A stretch of DNA of 59,367 nt, filler included, from Thelocarpon superellum (GCA_026025795.1; 2 parts of 2 records of this genome joined end to end with filler, not necessarily neighbours in it); one strand, 5' to 3'; positions 1-10,439 are shown, numbered from the whole stretch's first letter. Numbers and translations: made by a program. Notes: a model not told the origin generated them from the sequence alone.

Positions 1-1341
1 CGTCCCGTCTCTCGTATCCGAGTATGACAGGCAACGAGATTATCGTCAATGCCACCCCGTCCGCAACATGATTGGACATAGTGACGACGTGCTCAGCCTC
101 CTTGAACTCCTCCGCGGAGATCACTGGGAATGCAGATGCGGCATCAATTCTGAGGCACTTGTTGCCTGTCCTCACACGGGTCCACGTTGCGAGCGATAAT
201 GAGGCACAGTAAACATCAGGATTACCCGCTCCACAGCGACTTCCGATTGTTCGGATTGCGCAGAAGCGTGGCTGTGTCAGCAAACACTCTGCTCGCCTCT
301 GCCATGTACTCGTGTGCTCAGGCCGACTACTTATCGCGGCTGTAGCCCCCACCAACCGGCTTCTCTGCTCAAAAGGCGGCAACGGTGTGGCACAGCCATC
401 GTCCAAACCGGTAAGATATCTGGTGGAAAAGGAGAAGATGGAAGAGACCTTTCGTGGCAGAGGCCAGACAGGTCTGGTTGCCTCTGACGGATGAAGATTC
501 TTGAGGGATCTTGACTCTGCTAGTGTAGTTATCATGTTGGTGCCCAACAGTGCTGGCCGACCGGCAAGACAACACCGCCGGCTTCGACGAGAGCGAGGTG
601 CGGTCATTTCTTGGCGCACTGCACGTGGCGCGGCTGCGCTTGAAAGGATGCCTCTCTCGTGGGAACGAGCACAGCGCCCGACCCAAAAAAGCGGCGAACC
701 CCGAGCGGGTTCGGTTGCAGTTCTGAAGACCACAATTCCAACCACCACGACGCAAACACATGTTACTATCGTAGACGGTAGGCTAGTCGAATATTGGGCC
801 TTCTTCCTGGCCGAATAGAAGTTCAATTTTACGTTGTTGGGTTGCTGTGTCGCTGTCGTGGCCAGGGTCATGGGTGTCAGAACTGCAGCCAGAACCGGTA
901 TGGCATTTTCGCTTTCTTGTTGGGCACGTGCGAATTTGACTTGTGCAAAGTACTTCGCACGAGCACGAGTGCCGGTACTCGTACTGAGTAACATACTCCT
1001 AGTACGACTAGGTGCAGTTTCTAGAAATGAGACCATGAGAGAGTTACCCAAGTCCCTGCAGACTTATCGCGGTGCTTGCCGCAGACCTTTACCCCGCTCC
1101 ACCATCATCTCTTCATTTGCCGACAAGCATGACACCCTGTGCCGAAGCTGGATAGCAGTTCTTCGTTCTTTGGTAAAGACAGTATTGTGGTACCCAGTAC
1201 TACCCTGAATATACTCTCTCTCCACTTCCAAGACCGAGCGGCCATCCGCTGCTCCCTCACGCTCACATGGCCCACGTCATCATTGGCGGCGAGAATAGTG
1301 CTTGAGGGCGCCGGTCAAACTCCTACTGATTCTACTACCTC

Positions 1342-1789
1342 TTATGACTCATCGTAACTGGCACAGTCGATCTACTTGGACCAGCGGAGGCCGAATCCAC
1401 CTACAGCCCGCGCTCCTGGAACAAGCTGTGGTCAACTGGAGCCCTTCTAGAGGCCATCAGGTGCTTACCTCTGGATGGGTGTCGATGGCCCCTCTTACTC
1501 GGGCCCGTCGTTGTACGACCACATCGATCGACTGGACGCACCGTCGACCTCGACACCACGCTCCTGCACCTGTTCCTTCTCGGGCTCGTCCTTGTACGAC
1601 CACATCGATCAAGTGGACGCCACGTCAACCTCGACGCCACGATCCTAGTGAAAGTCAGTCGCGGCTCAGATCCACTCCTCTCGCAGGAATGACCGACATC
1701 GAGTTTCTTGTCCGCTGTGGTCGTGGGTGCCGCATGAACACCGGCAGCGGCAAGCCCAGCCAGAATGAAAGGATTTGCGTCGGCTTCAT
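1342..1789 (-). pseudogene. Repeat-containing secreted peptide precursor (putative dikaritin/KEP-type RiPP precursor), disrupted
   Basis: Manual minus-strand reading. ATG at 1789 gives MKPTQIL, then a 1-nt deletion in a T run (~1769), then FILAGLAAAGVHA-APTTTADKKLD (signal peptide + pro region). Intron 1697-1645 (GTCGGT..CTGAC..TAG). Exon 2 reads DRGVEVDVAST*SMWSYKDEPEKEQVQ / ERGVEVDGASSRSMWSYNDGPE*. Intron 1468-1416 (GTAAGC..CAG) precedes a degenerate third unit, ERGL*VDSASAGPSRS..SYDES*. Adjacent to DUF3328 genes. Confidence 0.8.
1498..1644 (-). repeat. 81-bp (27-codon) tandem repeat, ~1.8 copies, plus a degenerate third copy at ~1342-1415
   Basis: Plus-strand TTGTACGACCACATCGATC occurs at ~1511 and ~1592, 81 bp apart, and the surrounding sequence also aligns (..TGGACGC..GTC.ACCTCGAC.CCACG). 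Confidence 0.9.
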
Positions 1790-1897
1790 CGTAAGGTTGG
1801 AAGGACTTCTTCTGATTCGATGTTCTCAAGTGGTCAGAAAGGCTCGTCGATGAGATGCTCGATGGGGTTTCGAAGATGGTTGAGAGATGAGGAGACC

Positions 1898-1903
1898 TTT
1901 ATA
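1898..1903 (-). promoter_or_regulatory. Candidate TATA box of the precursor gene
   Basis: Minus-strand TATAAA ~110 nt upstream of ATG 1789, followed by a C/A/T-rich leader ending ACGATG. Confidence 0.5.
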
Positions 1904-2526
1904 CCGTCGACGGACGACTTGGGAGGCACCCCGCCGCGCCCTACATACAGCATCCTTTCTCCCTGAGATTCCTTGACGGCATCCACTACGTACTCAAGAC
2001 GTCTTCGCGGTCATGCCAGTTTCTGAACGGTACGTTGGGCTTCTCCAATTGCTCCGTCTCATCTCACCAACGGTTCTCGGACTTCCGAGGTTGGTGCGGA
2101 AGTCCCATCTGCTCGAGACGTTTCCACGAGGGCTATCGTGGTACCATCCTCCCGTCATCTAAGCTGCGAAATGGCTGTGCCCCTTCAGCAAGACGGCGGG
2201 GTTTCGCCGAGTGCCAGTCGCCGGTCAGACTGGACGGAGCTGACCGACCTGTCTTTTTGCACGCGCCACACCGCCCTTACCACTCCTGGACGCTTCTCCG
2301 CGCGCGCCGGACGAACCAAAACCACTCTCTGTTACCGGAGACGAACGAGACGTACCCGTTGATGTAGGACCATGCAGGGTCCGAGAGATGGCCGAGACAC
2401 ATTCTCCGTGACCGTGTTGATTTCCAAGTCTCCAACTCCAAACCTACAATCGGTTTGGGAGCGCTACTCCATTGACTCTGGTGTCATGCACGCGATGATT
2501 TTCTACTATAGCAACATTCCACGAAT

Positions 2527-3429
2527 TCATGACATGTCCAAGGGATCATCGAGGGCATGGACTTCAAAGTCAAAATCGCCCAACAGACGGTTGTCCATGC
2601 CCCATTGCCGAATCTTGTCGCGATCACGACAAGTGTGCGCGATCTGAGCAATCTCCTTGGTGCGCTTACTGCTCTCGTCCCACTCCCATACGAGAACGGA
2701 GACGTCCGCATTACACATGAGGTTCTGGCGGATGGTGTCGATGCAGTGGTCGATGTGCTCCATGCCTAAGAGCTCGTGGTCGCCAGGATACTGCACGGTG
2801 GCATACATGGCTTGACGCACCATGTTGAGGCAGTGGAGCTGGTGGAAGACGGACAGGCCGACGATATAATGACCAGGATCCTTGGGGATCCGTACGGTTT
2901 TGTTGACCAGTTGGGCGGCATGCGCGTTGGGATGCGACTGATACCATCTGGACAGCGGGCGCTGGTTGGCAGGTGCAAGCAAGAAAGGGTCAGATGCTGC
3001 AACGTCACTCACGGTTCTAGAGCGCCTCACAAGCAGCGTTGTTCGCGTCGTTGGGCTTTCCTTGGTAGATGGTCTTGTCTCCCGTAAAACTGCCAGCGAA
3101 AACCTTGATCTCATACTCCACTGCATCGTTTGCCGGCGCCATCACCGCGATTCCAGGTCAGCAGGTCAGTGCCTGGGCGTGTCGAGCCATCCGCGGAGCG
3201 ATCGGAACTCACAATAGGTCAAGAACGGGTTATGCCGCGGCTGCACCAAGTGATCATTTACGAGGCCGGCTAGGAGCAGGGCCACTTAAATCCAAGGCCG
3301 CACCACGAAGAGGTACCGCAGGATCTGGGTCCTGCGGTGGCGACGAGGCGCATATTCAATCAAATCCGGCGCTTTCTTCTCTAGGGAATCAAACGATGAA
3401 TGATCTTCGGGCAGCAGATTGTGCGACAT
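2527..3429 (-). pseudogene. DUF3328/UstYa-family RiPP oxidase, disrupted
   Basis: Both HxxHC motifs are intact (VFHQLHCL; EHIDHCIDTIRQNLMCNAD), plus HTCRD..IRQW. Upstream exons: MSHNLLPEDH..ILRYLFVVRPWI*VALLLAGL (TM segment, TAA at 3288-3286), and YSPANDAVEYEIKVF..YQGKPNDANNAACEAL*N (TAG at 3019-3017). A frameshift lies between GISRIP and AAQLVNKT (~2920). Confidence 0.88.
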
Positions 3430-3719
3430 GATTGTTCGGGAACGGGGAGGAAGGACGAAAGAAAGAAGGAAGTTTGGTATGAACGGCAGTCACACCAGCA
3501 CACCCGGTTAAGCTGCCCTACGGGCATGGGGCGGTGTCTTCATATGAGCCCCTACGGCTCGCCCGCTGCCGCTTTTGTCTCAGCCAAACTGCTCTCGAGC
3601 CTAGCTGCACCAACAAGTCCGTGTGTTGTGTCTTCCCACATTCACTGGCATTGATGGCAGCACGGAGACAGGTCAGCCGCAAGGGCCCAAGGTCCACTCA
3701 TCAAGTTCCTTCCGTCAAG

Positions 3720-4410
3720 ATGTGGTCCAAGCTCTGCTACGCGCTGCCAAGAGCCGCCGGACTTGGCGCACGGATGGAGAAGGAGACACTAAAGCCTCCC
3801 GATGAGAGCTCGTCAGCGCCATAGGTGCGTTGCGTCAGAGATAGACATTGGACATTCCGTGGTCGTTGCGCTACTGCTACTCCTGCTGCTGCTTCGTCGT
3901 GCTTGTGCCCTTGCGCAGGTCACGCTGAAGCGTGATGGCGCCGTCATTAGTCTTACTGGACCTCCTTCAGGCAAGGAGCGGTAAGTACGTCCTTTATCTG
4001 TCCAACAAAGATGTATATGTCTCCTCTACCTTGCCGTTTCCACGGTCATCGCGAGGCTGGCAAAGGCGCGCGAGCGGGACAGATCGTGAATTGCTCTTCG
4101 TTGCCACCTTGTTCTCGGGGCAAAGCTGTCAAGAGAAGGCGGTAGATGCAGAGAAGTCGCAGAGCATCGCTGACTGAGCGACCCATGCAGGCTCCTGTAC
4201 GTGTCTACCACATAACAGCTGACCTTGGTCAGCTTTCTCGTGGTAAACTCCAGTATCTTGCCTGATGGACTGCAGCGCGTTGTAGCCACGCGATGTAGCT
4301 TGCTTAGTCACTCGCTTGCCTGCATTCCCCCTGTCCTGCGGATTTAAATTCCCCGAGTGGGGAGGTACTTTAGAAGGCATTGATATTTGCAGGACCTCAT
4401 GTATCATGCC
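3720..4410 (+). pseudogene. Probable heavily eroded third DUF3328/UstYa gene
   Basis: MWSKLCYAL..EKETL N-terminus, then a frameshifted hydrophobic stretch (SVVVALLLLLLLLRR) and a GTAAGT donor. VYHI.. at 4203 is followed by an intron ending CTGATGGACTGCAG, a position like that after HQLxCL in the neighbouring gene. GIDI-QDLMYHA at 4376-4410 resembles CIDxLRQxLMCHA. Confidence 0.4.
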
Positions 4411-5019
4411 TGTCAGAATCGAGGATCAGCCATGACGTTCGATACGGCCCCGGTCGGACCACGTCGCGGCAGTTTGAGACAATTCCGAAGATTCAAGCTA
4501 CGCATCATCGGGTGGCAGAAGGAAGCTGCGAGGATGACAGCGCGCGAACGGGTCTACGCCAAAAGGAGGATGTGATCCCATCCCGCGCGGTACGGGCCGA
4601 AGGATGCCGTGAGGACAGACACCACCGGCCGTCTCGTACTTAGATAAGCTTAAGTTGGAGGTCCAGCGTGATTCGAAATCTCACCGTCTCGGTGACCGCT
4701 CTCCTCTCCGTGAGGCTTGTACCGACGCCTTCGCAGAATCACTGCCGTCTGTGAAACGTATTTACGACTTCGTCGAAACATGTTTAGCTATCCCAACGAG
4801 GGCCCAGGATATGCCTCTGTTTCCCCTTTGGACCTCGGGTCTCCCTCGGGGATCCAGCGAGGCCCCGGGTCGTGCTGGCTTCCATCTTGTAGAGTTGTGT
4901 CATGACCATCTCCATGGCTTGAGTCTATCTACCTTCTTTGCTTCTCTCGTATGTGACGTACCGCTCTGGCCGTGACCACCTGATCCCGCCGATCCTCATC
5001 CTCATCCCCCAAGTTGCGC

Positions 5020-6090
5020 ATGTCCATTGAAGATGTCGACTTGTCCTCCAATAGAAGCGAGAGCGGAGAGTCTCTGCTCAAGGGCGCGCCCTCCGTCGAC
5101 GAGCCGAGTCCGGCTCGGCCTCGTTCTTGCGGGAGACACGGCGTCTGGTTTACCCATGGCGCCTCACTACTCGTCTCCTTCGTGACCCTCCTCGCTGGCT
5201 TCAATGGTCTTGTGCAGGAGTCAACCCGCGAACTGGAACAGTGTTTATCAGCGGAGCGAAACCCCCTGGACCTAATACCTCATGCATATGGTACGTGTCG
5301 ATGTTCCCAAACGTCACCATCTGCCATCGTGCTGATCGAGCGGCTGGTGGACGGCGCCGGTATGGGGTGCGATCGAGTACGAGCGGTCCGGTTTCAGCTC
5401 TCGCCGACCAAGCCTACGGCGTACTACGGACCGGCCAACCCAGCCCTCGATTTTGAGTGGCACGGCATTGCTCAACGTGAGTCTCATCGGCATCTACGGT
5501 CCATTCGCGTCCTACTCAAATATTACGTGTAGATGAATTGTCACGATCGACGCGCACGACGTGGCCAGTCTGAACCAGTCCTCTGCGGCGCCATGGGAAG
5601 CCAGCATGCATGGCGAGACTCGATATCTGGCGGGCATTGAGATGTTTCATCAACTCAACTGTCTGGTATGTCCACATCACCACCTACCCTCTCGACCTTT
5701 CATCACTGCCAATCTGACTGATGAACTGCAGGATTTCATCCGCCGGTACATGTACAAGGACGAGTACTTCCAGGACCTCGACCTCAAGGACGACGAAGAT
5801 GTTCTGATCCAGAAACAAGGTATGTCCAACGCCATGCAGCGCCGCCAGATACAGGCTTTGTGAACCGATCTAACGCGGGGGGCCGCTCGTACACAGACCA
5901 ATGCGTCGATCATCTTCAACAGGTCATCATGTGCCATGGCGACGTGGGAATCATCACCTATCAGGAGCGAGCGGGGGGGTCCAAGTCCAACGCGAAGGCC
6001 AGCGATAACTACGTCCCGGAGTACTCGACCAGGCATCCGTGCAGAACGTGGGATCCGATGGTCGAGTGGGCGGACATTCACAGCATATAG
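5020..6090 (+). pseudogene. DUF3328/UstYa-family protein with degenerate His motifs, frameshifted
   Basis: N-terminal TM segment (VWFTHGASLLVSFVTLLAGF), APVWGAIEYE, YYGPANPALDFEWHGI, YLAGIEMFHQLNCL, DFIRRYMY, KQDQCVDHLQQVIMCHGDVGIITY, HPCRTWDPMVEWA. Four introns, with apparent 1-nt deletions at ~5383 and ~5535. Confidence 0.82.
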
Positions 6091-6226
6091 CCTCGACAGT
6101 GCCATCCCTACGGACCATAGTGTTGTCTGTATCTTATCCACCTGTGTCACTGAATGATTGCAATGCATCCACTTGGGCAGATTCCTTCCGAATTGTAACG
6201 TACATGGGAGTGGAAAGACAGGTGGA

Positions 6227-7255
6227 TCAAGAAGACGGAGGATCAATGCGAGGGCCAGCAGAGCGGTACGATCGATTGATGTACATCAATCCCTCCGGCC
6301 CCTGCTCCATCCGCTGATGCTCCAGCACGGAACCCTCGTCAACCGAGGCTGGCGCGGACCGGGATGAGGATGGAGACGGAGACGGAGACGAGATGGCCAG
6401 GACGCGCGCCACGACAATGACATGGTCGTTGACGTGCCAGCCCTCGAGGCCTTCCATCTGACACTTCAGGCTTGCCACAAGACTCTCCGAGCCCGTCAAG
6501 TCTGTTGGCGTCGTCTTCCCACCGCTTCGCAACCCGCTGAAGTGTCGCGCGAGGGCTGCCCCGTCGAGCGTGCTCGCGGGAAAATGGATGTAGAAGGGCT
6601 GGGAGGGGTACAGGGTGATGCTATCGTAGGTGGATGAGGGAAGTCGCACGTTGAATGTGACGAGTGGTACCGGGTGCAGCGAGAGGGTGGTGAAGGTCGA
6701 TAGAGTCATGCCGGGAGGCTTCTTGATCGTGGAATGGGAATCGGCGCGGTCTGGAACTGGGTCGGTGGTCAGGATGGTCACGGACGACGGCATGCGGCGC
6801 ATGAGATGTCGAAGGGTGGAAGAGAGGGGGCGGGGGTTCGGCGAGTCAACCAGGTCGTGTCGAATCCCAGAGGGCTTGTTCTTGAAGGGGGACCCTCGTG
6901 ATGCTGCGGCTGGACCGTTGCGCCATGAGGGGTCGACTCGACGGATCTGTAATCCATGCTTGGGGTTTGTGAATGGTGGACCTCGTTTGGTTCGGGATAC
7001 TTTGTGGATGGTTGGCCCATCGTCGGACGCGGGAAGGATCGAGATACGGGACCGCCCTGTGTAGAGTGATCAGCATGACGTATGGAGCTGCCGTACGAAG
7101 TCAGAGTGGAAGTCGTGTGCAATACCTGGTGAGTGGGTCAACTGAAAGGCGCGAGTCCATTGGCGAAAGAGGGAGAAGAATTGTCGCGAGCGGAGAGTTC
7201 CCGCATGCGAGACTAAGGTGACCGATGCGGTCCGTGGCAGATATGAGGGAGGCAT
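6227..7255 (-). CDS. Flavin reductase-like domain oxidoreductase, probably mitochondrial
   Basis: LRHLMRRMPSSVTILTT..GMTLSTFTTLSLHPVPLVTFNVRLPS..NDHVIVVARV fits the Flavin_Reduct pattern. A 69-nt intron (7125-7057) removes the TGA and joins an Arg/Ser-rich presequence-like exon 1. Confidence 0.75.
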
Positions 7256-7502
7256 GGGGTGTGGATATGTTCGGGAGAACTCCCTATGAGCAAGAGGTGC
7301 CCCGGATCACCCAATGTCGGAAGCTCCGATTTTCTTTGGCGGGCGCTCGTCGGTGCGTCGCCACCTTTTGAACCGATCAACAGCCGAGACGACGACGCTT
7401 GCATCTTCAATCTGCGAGTTGCAAGTTGTGGTCTCCATTGGCACAGTTGCCTTGCCCTCCCCCACCATCCACCACCCTCTTTCGCATTTCCCAGTCCGCA
7501 CC

Positions 7503-8030
7503 ATGTCCACCAATCGTCCCTGTCAGGCTCTCCGACACGGACTCTCACGTCGACCGAGGTCCAATTACGTATCCTCGATCGCTACCGCCTCTACCGCTAC
7601 CTACCAATGTCTCCGTCACGCCTCCCTCTTGCGACGACCGCTGCGACCCTACACCTTTACGCAACTCATCACCTTCACGGACGGTAGCACGGCGGTGCAA
7701 CGCACGACGTCACCTCTGCCTCTCTACAAGACGACCAAAGACACGCGCAACCACCCGCTCTGGAATCCGAGCAGCCAGAAGCTGGCGAACGTGGAAGAGG
7801 ACGAGGCCGGTCGATTGAGAGCCTTCCGGCAGAAGTTCGGCCGTGGGTGGGACGCCGAGGCGTTGGAGAGCGATGCTACCATGGACGGACAGGAGGAGGG
7901 CCGGGAGGGCGAGGAGGACGAAGGCGGTCTGATGGATCTGATCAGTGGCTTTGGTCAGGAAGACGGCCGAGCGCGCCAGGGGACCGAGACGGCCCCGGCG
8001 AAACGAAAGAGTAAAGGTGGTGGGTCGTGA
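7503..8030 (+). CDS. MRPL36: Mitochondrial ribosomal protein bL31m
   Basis: RPYTFTQLITFTDGST..RTTSPLPLYKTTKDTRNHPLWNPS..EEDEAGRLRAFRQKFGRGWDA. Confidence 0.85.
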   Translation: MSTNRPCQALRHGLSRRPRSNYVSSIATASTATYQCLRHASLLRRPLRPYTFTQLITFTDGSTAVQRTTSPLPLYKTTKDTRNHPLWNPSSQKLANVEEDEAGRLRAFRQKFGRGWDAEALESDATMDGQEEGREGEEDEGGLMDLISGFGQEDGRARQGTETAPAKRKSKGGGS

Positions 8031-8363
8031 GGGTGAGGATGAGGGTGGGATGTGGTCCGAATCGTGAGCAGGAGGCCCTGGGCGTCTAGAAGTTGGCCTT
8101 GGTTTCAATATCTAGTTCCACCATTCCATGTATCCATTGTCTATACCATATCCATGTCTACTTCACACTCTTTTCGTGATGCACACGCATGAGTAACAGA
8201 GTAGGACACTACGAATTTACTCATCCGCATGATCTAGAGCCACAGCCAGCTCTTTGGCGGAGAATCTTGGATGCGGCATGGAGGATGTTTATACGAGCGC
8301 AAGGCAGCGGTGTAGAGTACAAGGACGTGACAATCTGCCTCCTCCCTCCCCCGCTCCTCCCTC

Positions 8364-10439
8364 TTATTCCTCTTGATCGCCAACCACGGTAGTACCCATC
8401 ACACTGTCCGAGTCTGGCTCCGCCGTGTTCGAAGGGTCTTGCGAGGCCGTGGCGGGCACGGCGCTGATGATGCCCGGGGGTTTGAAGAAGGGTTGCCCGT
8501 CCTCTTCCGCGTCGAACTGCATCAGATAGGTCTCCCACAACTCGATCAACTGTCGAGGCAGGTTAGCTGGCTCGTTCCCGCCATCGGACGAACCTCTGCT
8601 CCGACTGCTGACAACACCTACCTCCTTCTGCGCCTCCACCGCGCTCTCCAAAAAGGTCTCGACGCCACTCTTGAAATCCTCGACTTTCTCGCGCTCGAAT
8701 CGCTCCAACTCGCCCCGCATCAGGCGGCCCATGTCCTCAAACAGCAGACGAGCCTGATGCACGCGCCGCTCCGCATCGGCCACGTCGGCACTGAGCTGGT
8801 TCAGCCGATCTTGTTGCGTCTTGCCCTGCCGGAGCAATTTGTCCTGCGTCGCCTTGCGCTTCTGCATCTCATTGTCCGCCGCTTGCCAGGCGTGGAAGGC
8901 CTTCTGGCGCTGCTGGAAGGACTGCTTGATGCTCCCAATGAGGCGAATGTACTCATCCACCGTGATTCCCAGCGTCAGCACGTCCTGCTGCGCCTGACGA
9001 TCGTAGAGCTCGCGGATGCGTAACTGCAGGGCCGAGAGGGCGTCCAATGGTCCGGAGAGCGACGCCGACAGCTCGACCGTCGACAGTGAGTGCAGCGACG
9101 CGGAGAAGTCTCCCGCCGCATCCGCCAGCTCTTTGCGCTGCTTGACGACCGTGTCGATGGCTCGAAGGAGCGCTCGAAGCTGATTCTCCAACGCATCGAG
9201 GTAGATGCGGCGGTCGTGGAACCACTCGGATCCTCATCAGTCAAAGGATGTCGCGGAAACTAAAAGACCACTCACGTCATCGTGCTCGATGAATTTGCCC
9301 GCCGTGCCCACGGACAACCCAAACGAACTGAACATGCCCTTGCTTTCCCCTAACCCAGGCTCTTTTCGCTCCTTGTGCTTGACATCGACATTGAAGGCCT
9401 CGCTCTCGAGAAAGAGCTTGAGATCGCCGTCGTGTTGAAGAATCGGATGCGTGGCGGACTTGTTCAGCATGCGCTCGAGGGCAGCCCGCCGCGACTCAAC
9501 GAAGTTGGTGTCGAATCGGCCGACAGCTTGCTTCTCCGGCGGCGGCGGCACCACGACCCCCGGGTTGTTATTGTGTAATTGATTGTAGAGCCACAGGAAG
9601 TCGCGGTACCGTCGACTGACAGCGAACTCGGGTTGTTTGTACGCTTTGGAGGAGGTCTGCCGCGCGTCCGTCAGCCGGACTCCCGGCCATGGCCAAAAGC
9701 AGACCCACCTTGGTTCGAACCTGGTACACGATGTGGGAGCTCGTCAAGTCGCCGACTTTGTGCGGGTCACCCACGGTGATGTCAAACGTGGGCTTGGCCG
9801 CCTGCTCCACTGACACGCTCCGCTGCGTCTGGCGCGGGGACTGGGGGGTCCATGGCGGATTCACCGGCGGCGGCGTGCGCGCTCTTCCCGCGGGCTCATC
9901 ATCATCGTCCGCGAGATCGACCGAGTCCATCATGCTCTTGTTGATGCTCGACAGCGGCGGCGTCGATGGCGCAGCGCGCGCATTGTTGGCCTTGGTGGGT
10001 GCCTCCTTCTGAGGCGGCGCCGGCGGATGCTCCCGCGTCGACGGAGCGCCGTCGAGATTGTCTCCCAGCGGCCCCAGCGGGCCAAGAGAGTCATCAACGG
10101 CCTCCAGACGGGTGGTCTGCACGCCAACCTTCCGTGCGGGCCGTGGACCTCGTCCCCCGGGAGGTCGGGCAACCGGTGACGTCGGTGCGGCGCTGGAAGC
10201 CGAATGCGGCTGCGAGGGGGCATCTGTCGACGATCAGTGTGCGTCTACGCCCGCGTCGAGAAGACCACATGCCTGGTGCGGCGGAGAAGTCGGGCTCGGA
10301 GGTGGAGGGTAGGTTCTGATGTGATTGTGATCGCGAGGGAACATCTAGAGGGGCGTATCAGCACGATGCAGAGAGCTTGGACACTTCATCGTTCACACGA
10401 ACCTCCCCACGGAGAGTCGCCATGGTCTCCCAAGTCCAT
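8364..10439 (-). CDS. VPS5: Retromer sorting nexin (PX-BAR)
   Basis: MDLGDHGDSPWG start. PX domain (FDITVGDPHKVGDLTSSHIVY, VPPPPEKQAVGRF) and BAR domain (WFHDRRIYLDALENQL..FEREKVEDFKSGVETFLESAVEAQKELIELWE). Multi-exon. Confidence 0.93.

Noticed and set aside
1498..1644. Direct repeat resembling a CRISPR repeat-spacer unit
   Set aside because: Eukaryotic context, the whole 81-bp unit is repeated in codon phase with no unique spacers, and there are no cas genes.
1302..1853. ORF-track proteins 1302-1853(+) and 1401-1829(-) with repeated CTTTSI / DRCGRT motifs
   Set aside because: Antisense and off-frame readings of the precursor repeat. The spliced frame gives a signal peptide and coherent acidic repeats.
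6227..7255. Flavin reductase-like gene as a member of the RiPP cluster
   Set aside because: It is intact, has a presequence-like N-terminus and is head-to-head with MRPL36, so it is more likely the start of the housekeeping block. Only adjacency supports membership.
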